From contig OX597818.1 in the NCBI GenBank assembly GCA_951406725.2, positions 62,000,001 to 62,064,000 of the forward strand: 64,000 bases of DNA, written 5' to 3'. Position 1 is the stretch's first letter, and every line of letters starts with the position of its first letter. Shown in pieces: positions 41,062 through 55,974 of this stretch. The stretch is from Octopus vulgaris (Eukaryota). The notes below the pieces were generated by a model. It was given only the letters and a program-made list of their open reading frames with translations. It ran no database searches and was not told the DNA's origin. A program made the position numbers and the translations under genes.

Positions 41062-41293
41062 AATATATACATATGTATGTGTTTGTGTGTGTCTGTGCTT
41101 GTTCCCCCAACATCGCTTGACAGCCGATGCTCGTATGTCTACGTCCCCGTCAGTTGGCGGTTTGGCAAAAGCGATGATAGAATAAGTACTAGGCTTACAA
41201 AGAATAAATCCCGGGGCCGATTTACTCGACTGAAGGTGGTGCTCCAGCATGGCGACAGTCAGATGACTGAAACAAGTAAAAGAATAAAAGAAT
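40583..41293 (+). mobile_element. SINE family A: two 5' halves in tandem sharing one 3' half
   Basis: Heads at 40583 and ~40842; single tail at ~41090-41293. Confidence 0.85.
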
Positions 41294-41710
41294 AACTATG
41301 TCGAAAGCTATGCGTTTTGTATCACGATTCCAAATTTACATTTGTTCTTCGAATTACCGATCTATTTGGCTATGTTACTAAATGTCTAAGTGTTAATCTC
41401 GAAGAGCCGGAGGTTTCCAGGGAAAGGAAATGACCAGATAACACGTACTTTTGAAAATACAATCTGCAAGATAAGAAATTTTGCATCATTTTTCGGAAGT
41501 TCAACATGTAAACACTTACTTCATCACTGTTGTAGGCAAAATTCTTATACGCATTTTTCTTCATTTTTTTTTTTCTGTTAGAGATCACTTCCTTATTTGT
41601 ATGAAGAATCGAAAAACTGCAAAAAAAAAAAAAGGCTTGAAACATACATGCATACATACGTATATACATACGTATATACATACTTAAATACTTACACACA
41701 AATACAGACA

Positions 41711-41845
<135 letters not shown>

Positions 41846-42199
41846 TTATCTATCAATCATTCTATCATCTGTCTGTTTGTCTCTCAATCTCTCTATCGAT
41901 CATCTATCTATCTACTAATCTATATCTGTGTGTATATATAGGTATGTGTTCTATGCATATGCACACACAAGCATATATACACATGTAAAATATATAGATC
42001 ACATACAATATGTGTGGTTTTGTAAGGTGGCCTAGTTAGTGACTATCTCAGGTCAGCCCAGATATAGCAGATTTATGATGAACGACAATCTAGTCGTGAC
42101 AATCCTGCTCTTTTTTTCATCAGACTGTGTATCTAGAATTACATTATCAAATGTTTTTTCCTTTTCACGATAGCACTCACACGCAACTCTAACATACTC

Positions 42200-42418
42200 G
42201 AATGCTTACATACACACATACATACATACATACATACATACATACACACATACATCCATACATACATACATACATACATGGATGCATACATACATACATA
42301 TACATACACACATATGCATACATGCATGCTATGTATATACAGTTCTTCCGTTACTTTGTAAACCAATTTTCTGTTTCAAGTCGCATGCACCTTTATCATC
42401 AGTTATGTACATATGACA

Positions 42419-42463
<45 letters not shown>

Positions 42464-42516
42464 TACATATATACGTATATATATATATATATATATATAC
42501 ATATATATACACAAAC

Positions 42517-42549
<33 letters not shown>

Positions 42550-42580
42550 TATACACAGTCAATTATATATATAGATGTAT

Positions 42581-42626
<46 letters not shown>

Positions 42627-42959
42627 GTATATATATGTATATATATATACCCACACACACACATGTATGTAATGTATGTATATATATATGCATTATACGT
42701 ACATTTATTTAAATATACACACACACACAAATACATATATATATATACATACACCAACATGCATATATATGTATATATATATGTATGTATATATATGTAT
42801 ATGTATGTATGCATGTATGTATGTATGTATGTATGCATGCATGTATGTATGTATGCATGTATGTATATATCTATGTATGTATGTATGCATGTATCTATGT
42901 ATGTATGTATGTATATATGTATGCATGTATGTATGTATGTATATATTGATGTATGTATG

Positions 42960-42993
<34 letters not shown>

Positions 42994-43051
42994 TGTATGT
43001 ATGTATGTATGTATGTATGTATGTATGTATGTATGTATATATTGATGTATG

Positions 43052-43085
<34 letters not shown>

Positions 43086-43175
43086 TGTATGTATGTATGT
43101 ATGTATGTATGTATGTATGTATGTATGTATGTATGTATGTATGTATGTATGTATGTATGTATGTATGCATGTGTA
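42200..43175. repeat. Compound (TACA)n/(TA)n/(TATG)n microsatellite field
   Basis: Read directly from the sequence. Confidence 0.95.
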
Positions 43176-43499
43176 TATGAATATCGAAGCTGATCCGTTT
43201 AAAATTCTCTAGTGAAGAATAAATGACAAGCCGTCTGCTGTGTCTTCCTCGAACGTTATCTGAAAAATCTTCCGAGTCAACTGAATGCTCTAAATATAGG
43301 CAGCCATTGTTAAATTTACGGCAGACAAATACGAAAACCAGAATAAAGAAAAAGAAAATTAAATAAAATAACGGCAAAAAAAGAAAGGAAACGAATAGAA
43401 TTATGTATTTTAAGTTTTAATACAATTATCGTGGGTGAATGATTGAGCGAGTGGGCGAATGTAGGTGCGTGTATCTCTTTGCGTATGTGTATGTGTGAG

Positions 43500-43886
43500 T
43501 ATGTGTGTGTGTGTGCGTGTGTATTGGTGTGTGTGTGTGTATATATATTAATGTGTATATAAATATATATATATATATAATGAGGTGTATGTATATATAT
43601 TGTTGTGTGTGTGTATATATATATATTGATGTATGTGTACATATATTGGTGTGTGTGTGTATATATATACATATATATATATATTGGTATGTGTGTGTGT
43701 ATATATATATTTTGTGTGTGTGTACATATATTGGTGTGTGTGTGTATATATATACATATATATATATATTGGTATGTGAGTGTGTATATATATATTGATG
43801 TGTGTGTACATATATTGGTGTGTGTGTGTGTATATATGGGTATGTGTGTATGTGTGTATTTATATATATATATATTGGTGCGTGTG

Positions 43887-43924
<38 letters not shown>

Positions 43925-44000
43925 TGTGTGTGTGTGTACATATATACATATATATATATATATATGTATGTGTGTGTATGTGTGCATATATATATTGGTA
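43500..44000. repeat. Higher-order microsatellite with unit approximately (AT)nATTGG(TG)n
   Basis: ATATTGGTGTGTG/ATATTGATGT recurs more than ten times at ~20-35 bp spacing. Confidence 0.8.
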
Positions 44001-44276
44001 TGTTAGTGCGTGTGTCTACGTGCGCGTGTGCATATATATATATACTGTTGTGTGTATGCGTGTGTCTGTGTGTCTGTGTTTTCTGTTAACCCCACGGCGT
44101 CTGTTGTTGATAATTCTTGATGCTATAAATACTACGCTCTTCTGGGAAGAACACAACAATAGCGAAAGCCTGGACTCTTTCTAAGGGTTCTTTACGTTTC
44201 AGCAACATTTTATTGCATGCAAACAATCATATTATCTGGCAATTGTTGCTGCATTATTGACATTTTAATGCACACA

Positions 44277-44345
<69 letters not shown>

Positions 44346-45110
44346 GTAACACGATTTAAGTTTTTTTCCATTGGTCTTTTACGCTTACGTAAACTGAGAA
44401 AGGCTATAATTTTTCTTGCTTATTGATAATTTAGGAGTTATGAGGTTAAATATATTCGCTGCTCTCTCCAAGAGATGTTGTCTTAATAAAACTATTGCTT
44501 GTCTTTTGTCAACTTTTAACCTCTATACTAATTTGTCATATCGGCAAGACGAACACATACAAACATTACATAAAACAAAACATATATAAAACAAAACATA
44601 GAAATATGCACGTATACATACATACAAACTTACATACAAAAATACCCTGTTGTTGATGTTGAAAGTCCAATGAAGGAGCCTTGGATCTAGGTTAGAAACC
44701 GGTTCTTTCTCTATTGGCAAGAAATTTTGAAATGATACTGAATAATGACATACATACATACATACATACATACATACATACATACATACATACTTACTTA
44801 CATAGATACATGCATATGGGACCATTCAATATGTGACCGCATGTGTATCGTTGGCAGTTTTTTTCCTCCGTCTTCCCTTCCTTGGATCTTACCTTTTCCT
44901 ATGTTTCTGACGAAATGCTCCGCTCGAAACGTTAAATCCTCCTTCTTTCTTTCCTTTCATGAGCGTCCAATAAGACTATACTTCTTCCACGTCTTCGTGT
45001 TGTGTTTTCTCTTCGTGTTTTCATGTTTGGATAAACTTTACATACATACACACACACACACATACATACATACATACATACACACACACATACATACATA
45101 CATACATACA

Positions 45111-45141
<31 letters not shown>

Positions 45142-45185
45142 GTATATACATACATATGTATATACATACATATGTATATACATAC

Positions 45186-45520
45186 AATGAAGATAGCCAC
45201 AAAGTTAAAACACAACTGGCCAGATGTTGTGTAGGACCACAATAAAAAAGATATATTCTGTTATGGAAATCAACTGTCCTCTGGAGACCAGTGTGGTTAG
45301 AAAAATACAAGGCAAAGAGAAGATCTATGGACCATTTATAAAGAGTTTGCAAATCCAGTAGCCAAGATAATTTCCTAATTCATACCTGTTATTATTGGAG
45401 CAACAGGGTATGTTCCAACACGTCTGGTGCAAAGTAATCCTGAACTTAGGTTCATAGGGAGAGAACGCAAATCCTTATGTGGGGCTATAAAAGTCTTCAA
45501 GACCTTCTTAAGATTTAAAG
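45186..45520 (+). pseudogene. R4/Dong-like restriction-like endonuclease remnant, copy 1
   Basis: KHNWPDVV..EINCP..KEKIYG..FIPVIIGATGYVP with stops and frameshifts. Confidence 0.7.
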
Positions 45521-45689
45521 GGTGATGGTTGAAACAAGTTGGTTTCCATCACAACCTTGCTACAAAGTAGGAGGCGGGTCAAAATTTGCTCTAAATTAAA
45601 AAGAGAACATACGTATGTTTACATACATACATTCATATATGCATAATTGCATACGTGTATATATACATACATACATGCATACATTCCTC

Positions 45690-46216
45690 TGTTATGGAAT
45701 AATTTCATAAACACCGACTCAAGGAATACTGGTGGAGTATTCCCATCAAAACTTCTGTCAAATGTAAGCATAGCAAGCCGAGTATTGTTGCTTGGGATAG
45801 AGGGGCAAAAGTATGTATCGTCATAGAGGTCAGCTGCCCTGTAGATATAAATATCTCTTTGAAAATCAAAGAAAAAGAGGATATCTATGGACAGCTGCTA
45901 CGAAACGTCCAGCTTCTATATCCAGACTATGAATTCATATTCATACCAGTAATATTTGGAGTACTAAGTTTTGTTAGTAAATGCTTAAAGGAGAATCTGG
46001 ATAACCTGGATTTCCAGAAAGAGAAATCGACTGGCTGATTCGTAAATTGCAAGTGTATTCTGTGAGTGGAACAGTAAAAATATGCAAGACTTTTCTCAAC
46101 TTCCAAATGTGAATTTGTCTGTGTTATTTAATCCCAAAGATGGAGCCTTGTATCTTTGTTGGAAACCGGCTCCCTCCTCAGTGGAAGACTTATAATAATT
46201 AAAAAATAGAAGAGAC
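45690..46216 (+). mobile_element. R4/Dong-like LINE 3' end (RLE domain plus 3' UTR) in TACA repeats
   Basis: From 45724: EYWWSIPIKTSVKCKHSKPSIVAWDRGAKVCIVIEVSCPVDINISLKIKEKEDIYGQLLRNVQLLYPDYEFIFIPVIFG, then after a frameshift SGTVKICKTFLNFQM*; ends at (ACAT)n. Confidence 0.8.
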
Positions 46217-46261
46217 ATACATACATACATACATACATACATACATACATACATACATACA

Positions 46262-46292
<31 letters not shown>

Positions 46293-46602
46293 TCACACAC
46301 ATACGGTGGCTTCAACTCGATTTCGATCAACTTGATTGTTCTCTTACAGCAAACCGGATATGGCTTTTCAGTGTTTCTCGTGACCAACACACTTTTGCAC
46401 AGATATGGCAACGATGGGTTCCTCTTGCAACAGGTGTTCAGAGAGTTCACCTCCCACGCTGGAGCATGTTTTTATTCCGCCATAGAATTTTTAGTTGAAT
46501 ATTTAGCTTTTTTTTGTTTACAACCTACCACAGCATGTAACAAAATACAGAAATTAAAGATCAAATGCTGCCGACGCCTGAAGCCTTTTAAAATGAGGAA
46601 AG

Positions 46603-47030
46603 CAGGACCGGATTAAGACCCATCGAGACCCTAAGCACTTAAAAGATTTTGGTGCCTCCATAAAAGATTATGTAATTCAAAATATAAACAATAACAAACC
46701 ATAAAATAAATTTTTATTTTTCAAAACGAAAAAAAAAAGTAAAAGGGAAAATAATGTTTATTTTTGACTTCTTCCACTTTATTTATATTTGAAAAGTTTC
46801 CTCCTTCTTTTTTGAATTGCAAATTCTTTGATCAGATCCTCAAAATTAATCTTAGGTATCACATCTGCATCTATACTTGGTAGAGATAAAGGCATCCCAA
46901 ATATTATTTTAGCAAGTTTAAAGTGACTTCTTTTGTGCCGTAAACCATTTACCATTTCTGTGGTGCCCCCCCTCCTTCCCTTGACATCCTAAGCACGTGC
47001 TTATTTTGCTTAATGGTTAACCCAGCGCTG
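46603..47030 (-). mobile_element. Internally deleted hAT DNA transposon
   Basis: TIRs CAGGACCGGATTAA / TTAACCCAGCGCTG; 8-bp TSD GAGGAAAG / GAGCAAAG; minus-strand LSLPSIDADVIPKINFEDLIKEFAIQKRR resembles hAT transposase C-termini. Confidence 0.85.
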
Positions 47031-47454
47031 GAGCAAAGGCCTTGCACGGGGCCAATGCCTTTCTCGGAACATCGTTTGCATTTACCCCAAAAGATGTCAC
47101 AGTTATTATATTAGAAGTTTCCTTCTCCTAGTGAGGATGTCTAAACAAAGATCAGGGATTTCTCACTGCCAGCTGCTGGGTGGCCAGGGACTCCACCGAA
47201 TTTGCTCGCACTTTGGTAAGTTTTGGTTCTTGTCATGCAGAGGATTCAACGAAAATCCCCCTTCTTAGTAGGTTTGGTAAGGCCGTCAGTTTAGTCACCG
47301 ACATCCCCACCCTGCGACATTTTCTGTTGGGTTACATGCTGTCATTAGCCCTAACTTACTTGATGTAAAACATACATACGTACTCATACGAAGGCATACA
47401 CACGCACACCGATACAGACAGGCACACATATGCACATTAACACACGCACACATA

Positions 47455-47514
<60 letters not shown>

Positions 47515-47517
47515 ATA

Positions 47518-47552
<35 letters not shown>

Positions 47553-48111
47553 GTCGGTATATGCATACATACATAAACACAAGCACGCACACACACACAC
47601 GCACACTCATGTATACCCATTCATGCACACACATTCATATATGCACAAGGACACACACAGACAAACAGACACAGACGCACACACACACACAAATACACAT
47701 GCACACACATATACGGGGCCGAAAGAGAGACCTGCGTCTTTTGTCAGTTTACTGTGTCCGATTTCCGGTGTCTGGTACTGTTGAGCGGATAACCACCACG
47801 AAATGCTTACGTCCGTCATTCTGTAGTTAGGGAGCGCTACGAATTGACTCGGTGTGTTTACATCAATCTGTCTGTCTACTGCGAGAAATTTGAATAAATG
47901 TTTACCTCTTCTCAAACATACGATGATGAAGTACCGAGCAGAAAAGCAAAAACGGAGAAATTAATCTGATAAACCAACATGTTGAAATACACACGCTCGT
48001 CATGAAAAGGCGACACAGTGGAATAGAACCCCGGTTCTTGTGACTGCGAAGTGAAATTATATTTCTTTTATGTACATACATACATACACACATACATACA
48101 TACATACATAT

Positions 48112-48151
<40 letters not shown>

Positions 48152-48209
48152 CACTGTGACCAGGCTATCAGATGTTGTTACACGTCACTGGTCACAATGC
48201 ACTTCGCCA

Positions 48210-48422
48210 CCCCACTGGCTAAGCGAGCAGGCCAACAGAAGAAAGAGTGAGAGAAAGTTTTGGCGAAAGAGTACAGCAGGGATCGCCACCACTCCCCTGC
48301 CGGAGCCTCGTGGAGTTTTAGGTGTTTTCTCTCAATAAACACTCACAACGCCCGGTCTGGGAATCGAAACCGCAATCCTACAACCGCGAGTCCACTGCCC
48401 TAACCACTGGGTCATTGCACCT

Positions 48423-48425
<3 letters not shown>
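48210..48425 (-). mobile_element. SINE family C 5' half
   Basis: Reverse strand GGAGGTGCAATGACCCAGTGGTTAGGG..GGTTTCGATTCCC. Confidence 0.82.
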
Positions 48426-48501
<76 letters not shown>

Positions 48502-49389
48502 CATATATATCGTGAATGGGTTCTTTTGTGTACAGTAGACACAATATCGAGAAAACATTTATTACTACGGAGCTTAACATTTCCTCCATTTAACCACCAT
48601 ATATACTTGTTAATATATATTCTTTAATTCAAGGCTATTAACGAAGAACGTACCATCTCTTTATTTCTTACAGGTTTTATTATTTTATTAATAAAATAAA
48701 GCTTAACTGTGATAAGTAAAACAAAATACAGAACAAAACAGAAATCTCGTCGAGAAAAAATGTCAAGTTTAGCAAATCATATTCATTATTATAAAGAAAA
48801 TATTTTAAATAATGCATTGTATATATAATCATGATATAATTTACAGATGGCTTACTTTATTTTTCTGACAGCGAAAAATTATCTTAGAAGGCCATGACAT
48901 TGTTAAAATATAAAATGGCGTCTCTCGACTAGTTTTCATGGAAGTTGTGAGTTATAACAACAATGGATGACACCACTGTATCAAATATTCAGTATTCAGC
49001 CATTTTTATTTGTTGTTTGGTTTTGGTGAATGTATTTTAGAATGCCTAGCTAACTTACGATACTTTTCCTGCCTTTGGAATCGACCTTCACAGTAATCCG
49101 TTTTGTCATTAGGCTGAACAATCAAGATCATTCTTTTTTAAGTAAAGGAAATAAAAATGTAGATGTTTAAGATAGGAATATCGATTTTATCAGTGTATTT
49201 TTTTTCTGACGAATCAGGAAAATCTATATCTGCATAAATTATATCTAGTTTCTCTTGCAACTAACATCACTTTTGCTTTCGTTTTGGAAAATTTTGAATA
49301 ATGTGAAAAGCATCGAAACTGTACAACAAGTGGTAGCTTTTCTTGCCAGTGGAACAAGTTTGAATATATATATTTTTTATTTCTATTCT

Positions 49390-49589
49390 CTTACTTGTTT
49401 CAGTAATTAGACTACGGCCATGCTGGGGCACCGCCTTGAAGAATTATTTTAGTCTAACGAATCAGCTCGAATGCTTATTTTATATTAAGATTGATAGTTA
49501 TTTCATCAGTCACTTTTGCCGAACCGCTATGTTACGGGGACATAGACACACCGACGCCAGTTGTCAAGCCGTGGTGGGGGAACACACAC

Positions 49590-49644
<55 letters not shown>

Positions 49645-49780
49645 CACATACCAATACATATACACACAGACACGATGGCCTTCTTTCAGATTCCGTCTAC
49701 CAAATCCACTCACAAGGCTTCGGTCGATCCGAGGCTATAGTGGAAGACACGCAATGGGCCTGAACTCGGCACCATATTCT
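49390..49780 (-). mobile_element. Degenerate SINE family A
   Basis: Match to the family A tail and body. Confidence 0.7.
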
Positions 49781-50449
49781 TAGCATATAGCCTCGCCTCG
49801 CCTATATGTAAACATCGTAATCTTCATAATCAGCTTCATTACTGCTAAACTATTAACCAAAAATGGTTTAATGCTTGTGGAAATCTTTTTCAATTTGTAA
49901 ACAAATAAAATATTTTCTGCTGCAAGCCACCTCTTCTTCTTCTTCTTCTTCTTCTTCTTCTTCTTCTCCACTTCCTCCTCCACCTCCTTCTTCTTCTTCT
50001 TCCTCCTCTCCTCTTTCTCTCCTCCTCCCCTTCTTCTTTTTTGTTTTTCCTCTTCTCCTCCTCCTCCTCCCCTCCTTCTCTTCTTCTTCTTCTTCCTCCC
50101 CCTCCTAATTTCCCCTTCTATTCCTCCTTTTTCTCCTTCCCTTCTTCTTCTTCTTCTTCTTCTTCTTCTTCTTCTTCTTCTTCTCCTCCTCTTTCTTCCA
50201 CGTGGTACAAGCTAATGAAATTAATCATACACCTTCCTTAGCTCCAGTCACTTTATATTTATCTTGTTCCGATAGGATGTAATAATATCTGACATGAATG
50301 TTAAATAAAGGATTCACTTCGTTTCTATTTTGTTTGTATGTCTTTTTATCTCGTGTCATATTTTCTGCTGAAACGCCTGACATCGAACTCAGCTTAAACG
50401 ACTTCACCTTCTTCGTAAACTTATTTCCAGCCCACAACTGATGACTGTT

Positions 50450-50740
50450 AGTAATGGCTACTGTATGTAACTATTCTATCTAAAAATCCTTTTGTCAATG
50501 AACCAACTCTTTCAAGTTGCTGGCAGTACTTTTAATGGCTGCTATATATAACGTGTTAACTTAAAATTCTATTGTCAATGAGATAAACTTATTCAAGTCC
50601 ACATTTATTGGTAGCGCCTGCAAAGCTTTCTATATATAGCTGTTTTTTTTTCTCCTCTCTCCTGTAAGTCCAGTTGTCATTGAGTTAAACCCTTTCAAGT
50701 CCCCGGTTGCTGGAAGCATTTAAAATGGCTACTATATTTA
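50450..50740. repeat. Degenerate minisatellite, 3-4 units of ~80-100 bp
   Basis: Recurring AATGGCT..TGTCAATGA..TTCAAGT..TGG motifs. Confidence 0.6.
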
Positions 50741-51308
50741 AACATTCTCCTCGATAAATGCCGTTGTTTGAACGTTAGAAGGAAAAGACGACTAACATAA
50801 AATATACAGAAAGAAATATATTTAGACAAACTATTTGTCAAGCAATTTTACACAAGACTATATATTCTGAGTGCTGCTAGAAACTCTGGACTTGAAAAAC
50901 TTTTAAATCTGATGAAAATTCTTCAAATACAATTTAATGATGTCCCCAACTTCAATTGGAGTTACTATGGCATCTAATTAGCGACTAATGTTTAGAGAAC
51001 AGAATATATACACAACTAACTTATTTAGTATAATGTTTTGATTATATGTCTGAAATACTAATGAGACATTTAAAAAATAATAAAAGCTAATAACAATAAC
51101 AATAACGATGTCAATGCCTTTCGGTGTTTCCACGGTTGTCGTTGTTGCTGCTGCTGCTGTCGATGCCTCTATCGCTGGTAATCAGGTTACCGTGGCATGG
51201 GAAATCAAATTGTATTATGTCTATAATGAGACTAGTTAAATAAATTATTGTGTGTGCAAGGGGAGAGAGAAAGAAAGAGAGAGGGCGAGAGACAGATGCA
51301 TAAGCAGA

Positions 51309-51347
<39 letters not shown>

Positions 51348-53065
51348 AGAAAGAAAGAGACAGAGAGGGGGGATAGAAGGAGAAAGAACGAGAGAAAGAG
51401 ATAGAAGGATAAAGAGGAGATGTCAACGTAGAGTGCGTAGATTGCCTGGAGGTTCGATATGTTTCTTTTTGTTGTAAATTTTAAATTACAGCGATCTGAT
51501 GTCTCTAAGATGTCACTGGAAATATAATGGAAAAATATCTTATTGTATGATTCAAATGTTTAGTTAAACTCGGCATAAAGGAGATTCGTGGCGCCAGGAA
51601 TTAATTTCAGCGAATTAATATTGTTAAAATATTTGTAGTAAAGTTGGTGTCGAGATATTTAATGCAATGAACACATAACAAAATGACTAGAAATAATTTA
51701 AAGCTAGTAAAAAAAATAATACTGATTACTAACGAATTACAGCAAGCAATTCCAGAAATGTTTCGGCCTTGTTATGGACTCATCAACGAAGCATAGGACT
51801 TCACTATAATTATGGAAGTAATGACGTGAAGACCTCCAAATAAATGTATTAAAATATTATAGGTTTGTTTAGAAATGTTTTGTGCTGTTTCCTATATTTG
51901 ATAGAATTCCAATTCCTTGACAACTGCCGTCTTCACTTCACCGTATGATTATTTTTAGTTAATATTTTGAATACTCCTCACATTAAATGTGTTAACACTA
52001 ACTTAACTATAGTCTAGCGCAGCTTTGGCGTCTCAGATTCATATGGAAATGATTGCGAGATGGTTATATATTATTATTAAAGTTACAAAACACCGGCTGT
52101 AGAGATACTCTCTCTTTTTCTTCTCTCTCTCTCATATATTCTGCTCGTCGTCATAGCTATCAATGAAATAATACCATTAATAAATTGGAATAGACAATCC
52201 AATACGTAGTAGAATTGAAAACGAAATAATTGGTTACTGCACGTGTCATCTATTCACTCAATAACGATAGAATGTTGCATATTTAGTTGACAGCTTTTAA
52301 CTTGTCAATATATAATGGATATTTCCTCAGTCTGCTGTCTGCAGACTCAATATTTTACAGGTTGTGTTCTTCTTATATAGTTACTGTTTAACCCTGAGAT
52401 AGTCCTCATTGAGATGAGCTACAAGACAAAACAAAAAGACAAGATGTTACAGCCATGACCATCTCGACGTTTTGTAAATCTAGGACGTTGCTCGTATGTT
52501 TTTACGTCCCGTAATATTAGCAGTTCAGCAAAAGAAGACTTTAAAAATTAAGTGCCAGGGATCGATTCTTTCTACTAAAAAGTTCTTCAATGCTGTGCTC
52601 TAGCATGGCCGCAGTTGAATGACTAAAAAAAGTAAAAGATAAAAAGGTATTTGTCCATTGTATTCTTCCTATTTTTTTTCTTTTTTTTTAAGGGGTGATG
52701 ATGCAATTTGGTTATTTCTAGACAGGGTGAATAGTCCCGTACAGGTTTCATCTTTCGCGCGTTGTTGTTGCTGTTTTCTTCTTCTTCTTCTTCTTCTTCT
52801 TCTTCTTCTTCTTCTTCTTCTTCTTCTTCTTCTTCTTCTTCTTCTTCTTCTTCTTCGTCTTCTTCTTCTTCTTCTTCTTCTTGGAGTTCAGAAGATTCGC
52901 AATCTAGACTAGGGCCTGAAAGTTTACCACACCATAATGGGTTACACCATGGTTCTTTTGCATTGTGGGAGAAGTAGGAAGAAAGAGTGAGAGAAAGCTA
53001 TCTATCTATCTATGTGTGTATGTGTGTGCGTGAGTTTGTAAATCTGTCTGTCTATGTATGTATGC

Positions 53066-53156
<91 letters not shown>

Positions 53157-53234
53157 CATCTGTGTGTGCGTGGGAGTTTGTATATCTGTCTGTCTGTTTA
53201 TGTATGTATATATCTATTTATCAATCTACCTAAC

Positions 53235-53282
<48 letters not shown>

Positions 53283-54168
53283 TCTTTCTCTCTGTCTCAC
53301 TCTCTCTTTCTACCCTTCTATTCATTACTTTCAAACGATTTATTTCTTCCATTTTCCTATCAAATATTATCCGTGCTTTTCAACGTCGCCTATCATTTGT
53401 TTCATTCGTTTCAGACTCTGTCGTTGTCAATAGTAAAAACAACGGGAAACAGTTCTTCTGAAATCATCATCATCAAACCCCCCACCCACAATCCCACCAC
53501 CGCTGCCGCCGTCGTCGTCATTTTCATCATCATCATCGTCGTCATCATCATCATCACCATCATCATTGTTATTATCATTATTAAGAATATATTTCTGTCA
53601 CTCTTCGCCACTGTCCGGAATATCCTCAAGCGATGGCCATGCCATAACCGTCGCTGGAATAAGCGTTTTCTATTATCAAGCAGACTTTTATTATTCTGGC
53701 GAAAATATTTAAGCATAATTTGTTCTCAAGTAATTTTACTTAAGATTAAAATGGAAAGACACGTCTTATTCATTGCCGTTAAATAGATAACTGCACACCT
53801 GCACCCCCACCACACACACGCGAGCATTGACGCACATACATACATACATACACACATACAAACATTCATCCATCCAAACGTATATATTTTAAATATACAT
53901 ACATCTCGAAACGACAAGAATAAACAAGAGAGACAGAGACAGGCAGAAGCAAGGAAAATGCCCCTTATATTTGAATTCTCTGCAAATATTCTTTTAAAAT
54001 ACTTTTCATTTGATTATTCCAAAATTTTATTGTTCTCCATACTTATAGTTGAAAAGGTCTCAATGACCGAAACCGGGACTGAAATGTATTTTTATAAAAT
54101 TATTTTAGCATTTTATACCTTGACTTTCTCTCCATATATATATCAACTCGTGTGTTCCTTTTCAGCCT

Positions 54169-54239
<71 letters not shown>

Positions 54240-54549
54240 ACACACATGCACACATACACATACATATAATTATTAATATATATAGTCTGAGAGAAAGAGA
54301 GAGAGAGAGGGGGAGAGGGAGGGAGAGAGTGGATATATAGTCAAGACATCATAAAGAAGAAAAGAGAATTAATATATTCAAAAATTACTTATTTCAATAT
54401 TTACTCTCATTAAATTCCAACCCGACACGTGTTTCTGCGGGTTAAGCGTCCTAATGTCCTACGCAAATTCCTTTACGTTATATATATACTTACACATATA
54501 TGAATATCCATATATACATGCGTACATATATATCTGCTATATTTTCTAA

Positions 54550-54630
<81 letters not shown>

Positions 54631-55183
54631 CTATGAGAATATAAACGGAGTAACTCATTGGATTTACCTAAAAGTCCAAGATACTTTCAAACCTATTATT
54701 TTCACTCTTCTATTATTGTTGGTTCTTTTCCAGTTTTCATTGTTGCATCTTGCGTTACTCGACACAGGTTTCTGTCCACAGATCCTTGCATTAAAGCTAC
54801 TGAGATGCTCCTCGTCTCACAAGTCCCCACAGGCCTCTCTTCTCTCATTTGGTCATTTTCTCCTCTTCTACATGCTGGCAAAACCCATACTCTGCAACAA
54901 CAATACCATTTTCATTTGTTCACCTTCAGTTCTTGCAGCTTTTTACAACATCCCCCACAGTTGCCCGTCAGGATGTTGAACAAAATAATAATACCGAGTC
55001 GCTGATGTGTTTCTTTGATGCAGCCTTGAGCGACGGTCGTTGGCAAGCTCAAATTTGAGGATCATTTTGAATTATTCTTATATCTAGAGTTACTGGCCTT
55101 CAGTCTGTTGGGAAGACAAGGAACCCAGTTCATCCAATCAACGGAACAGCCTGGTCATGAGATTAGCGTGCAATATGCTGAAG

Positions 55184-55520
55184 AAGGCGCATGGCTCAGT
55201 GGTTAGAGTGTCGAGCTTACGACTGTGAGGTTGTGAGTCCAAAACCCGGACTAGGCTGCGTGTTCTGTTCTTGAGCAAGACACTTTATTTCACGTTGCTC
55301 CAGTTCACCCAGCTGTAGAAATGAGTTGCGACGTCACTGGTGCCAAGCTGTATCGGCCCCTTTGCCTTTTCCTTGGGGCATATCGATGGCATGGAGAGTA
55401 GAGGCTGGTATGCATGGGCGACTGTTGGTCTCCCATAAACAATCTTGCCCAGGCTTGTGCGTCGGAAGGGAAATTTCTAGGTGTAATCCCATCGTCATTT
55501 GTGACGGAAAGGGGGTCTCC
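55184..55520 (+). mobile_element. CORE-type tRNA SINE (family D)
   Basis: GGCGCATGGCTCAGTGGTTAGAG head; TTCTTGAGCAAGACACTTTATTTCAC..CCAGCTGTAGAAATG central motif. Confidence 0.75.
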
Positions 55521-55974
55521 GCATGCTGAAGAATCAACGGATGTGCGTGCCCTTAACGTAGTTCTCAGGGAGATTAAGTATGGAACAGGATGTGTCAAGG
55601 CTGGCCCCTTTGCAATACAGACACAACTTATTTTTGCCAGCTGAGCGAACCGGAGCTATGTGAAATAAGGTGTCTTGCCCGAGGACACAATGTATGGCCA
55701 GGCTTCTCAACTGGCAAAATAGAGCCCCTGTAATTCAAAGGGCCAGACTGGTCCACATTTTGTGTCAGGCTGAAACTCCCTGAGAACTAAGTTAAAGGTA
55801 AGTGTGTTTGTGGAGTACACAGCCACTAGCATGTTAATTTTACGAGCAGGATGTGCTGCTGGTTGGATCAGCTGAAACCCTGGCCGTCGCTATCGACGGA
55901 ATGCCATTTATTTCTATGAAAGCCTAACTAAATATTACAGTTCTATATTGAAGAGATGAAGAATTATGTACATT

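Noticed and set aside
50225-50437. 70-aa non-repetitive minus-strand ORF
   Set aside because: No recognisable motif or convincing splice context.
54690-54970. Possible minus-strand RTE C-terminal remnant
   Set aside because: Only a vague resemblance; the diagnostic WxGHV and GRP motifs could not be read confidently.
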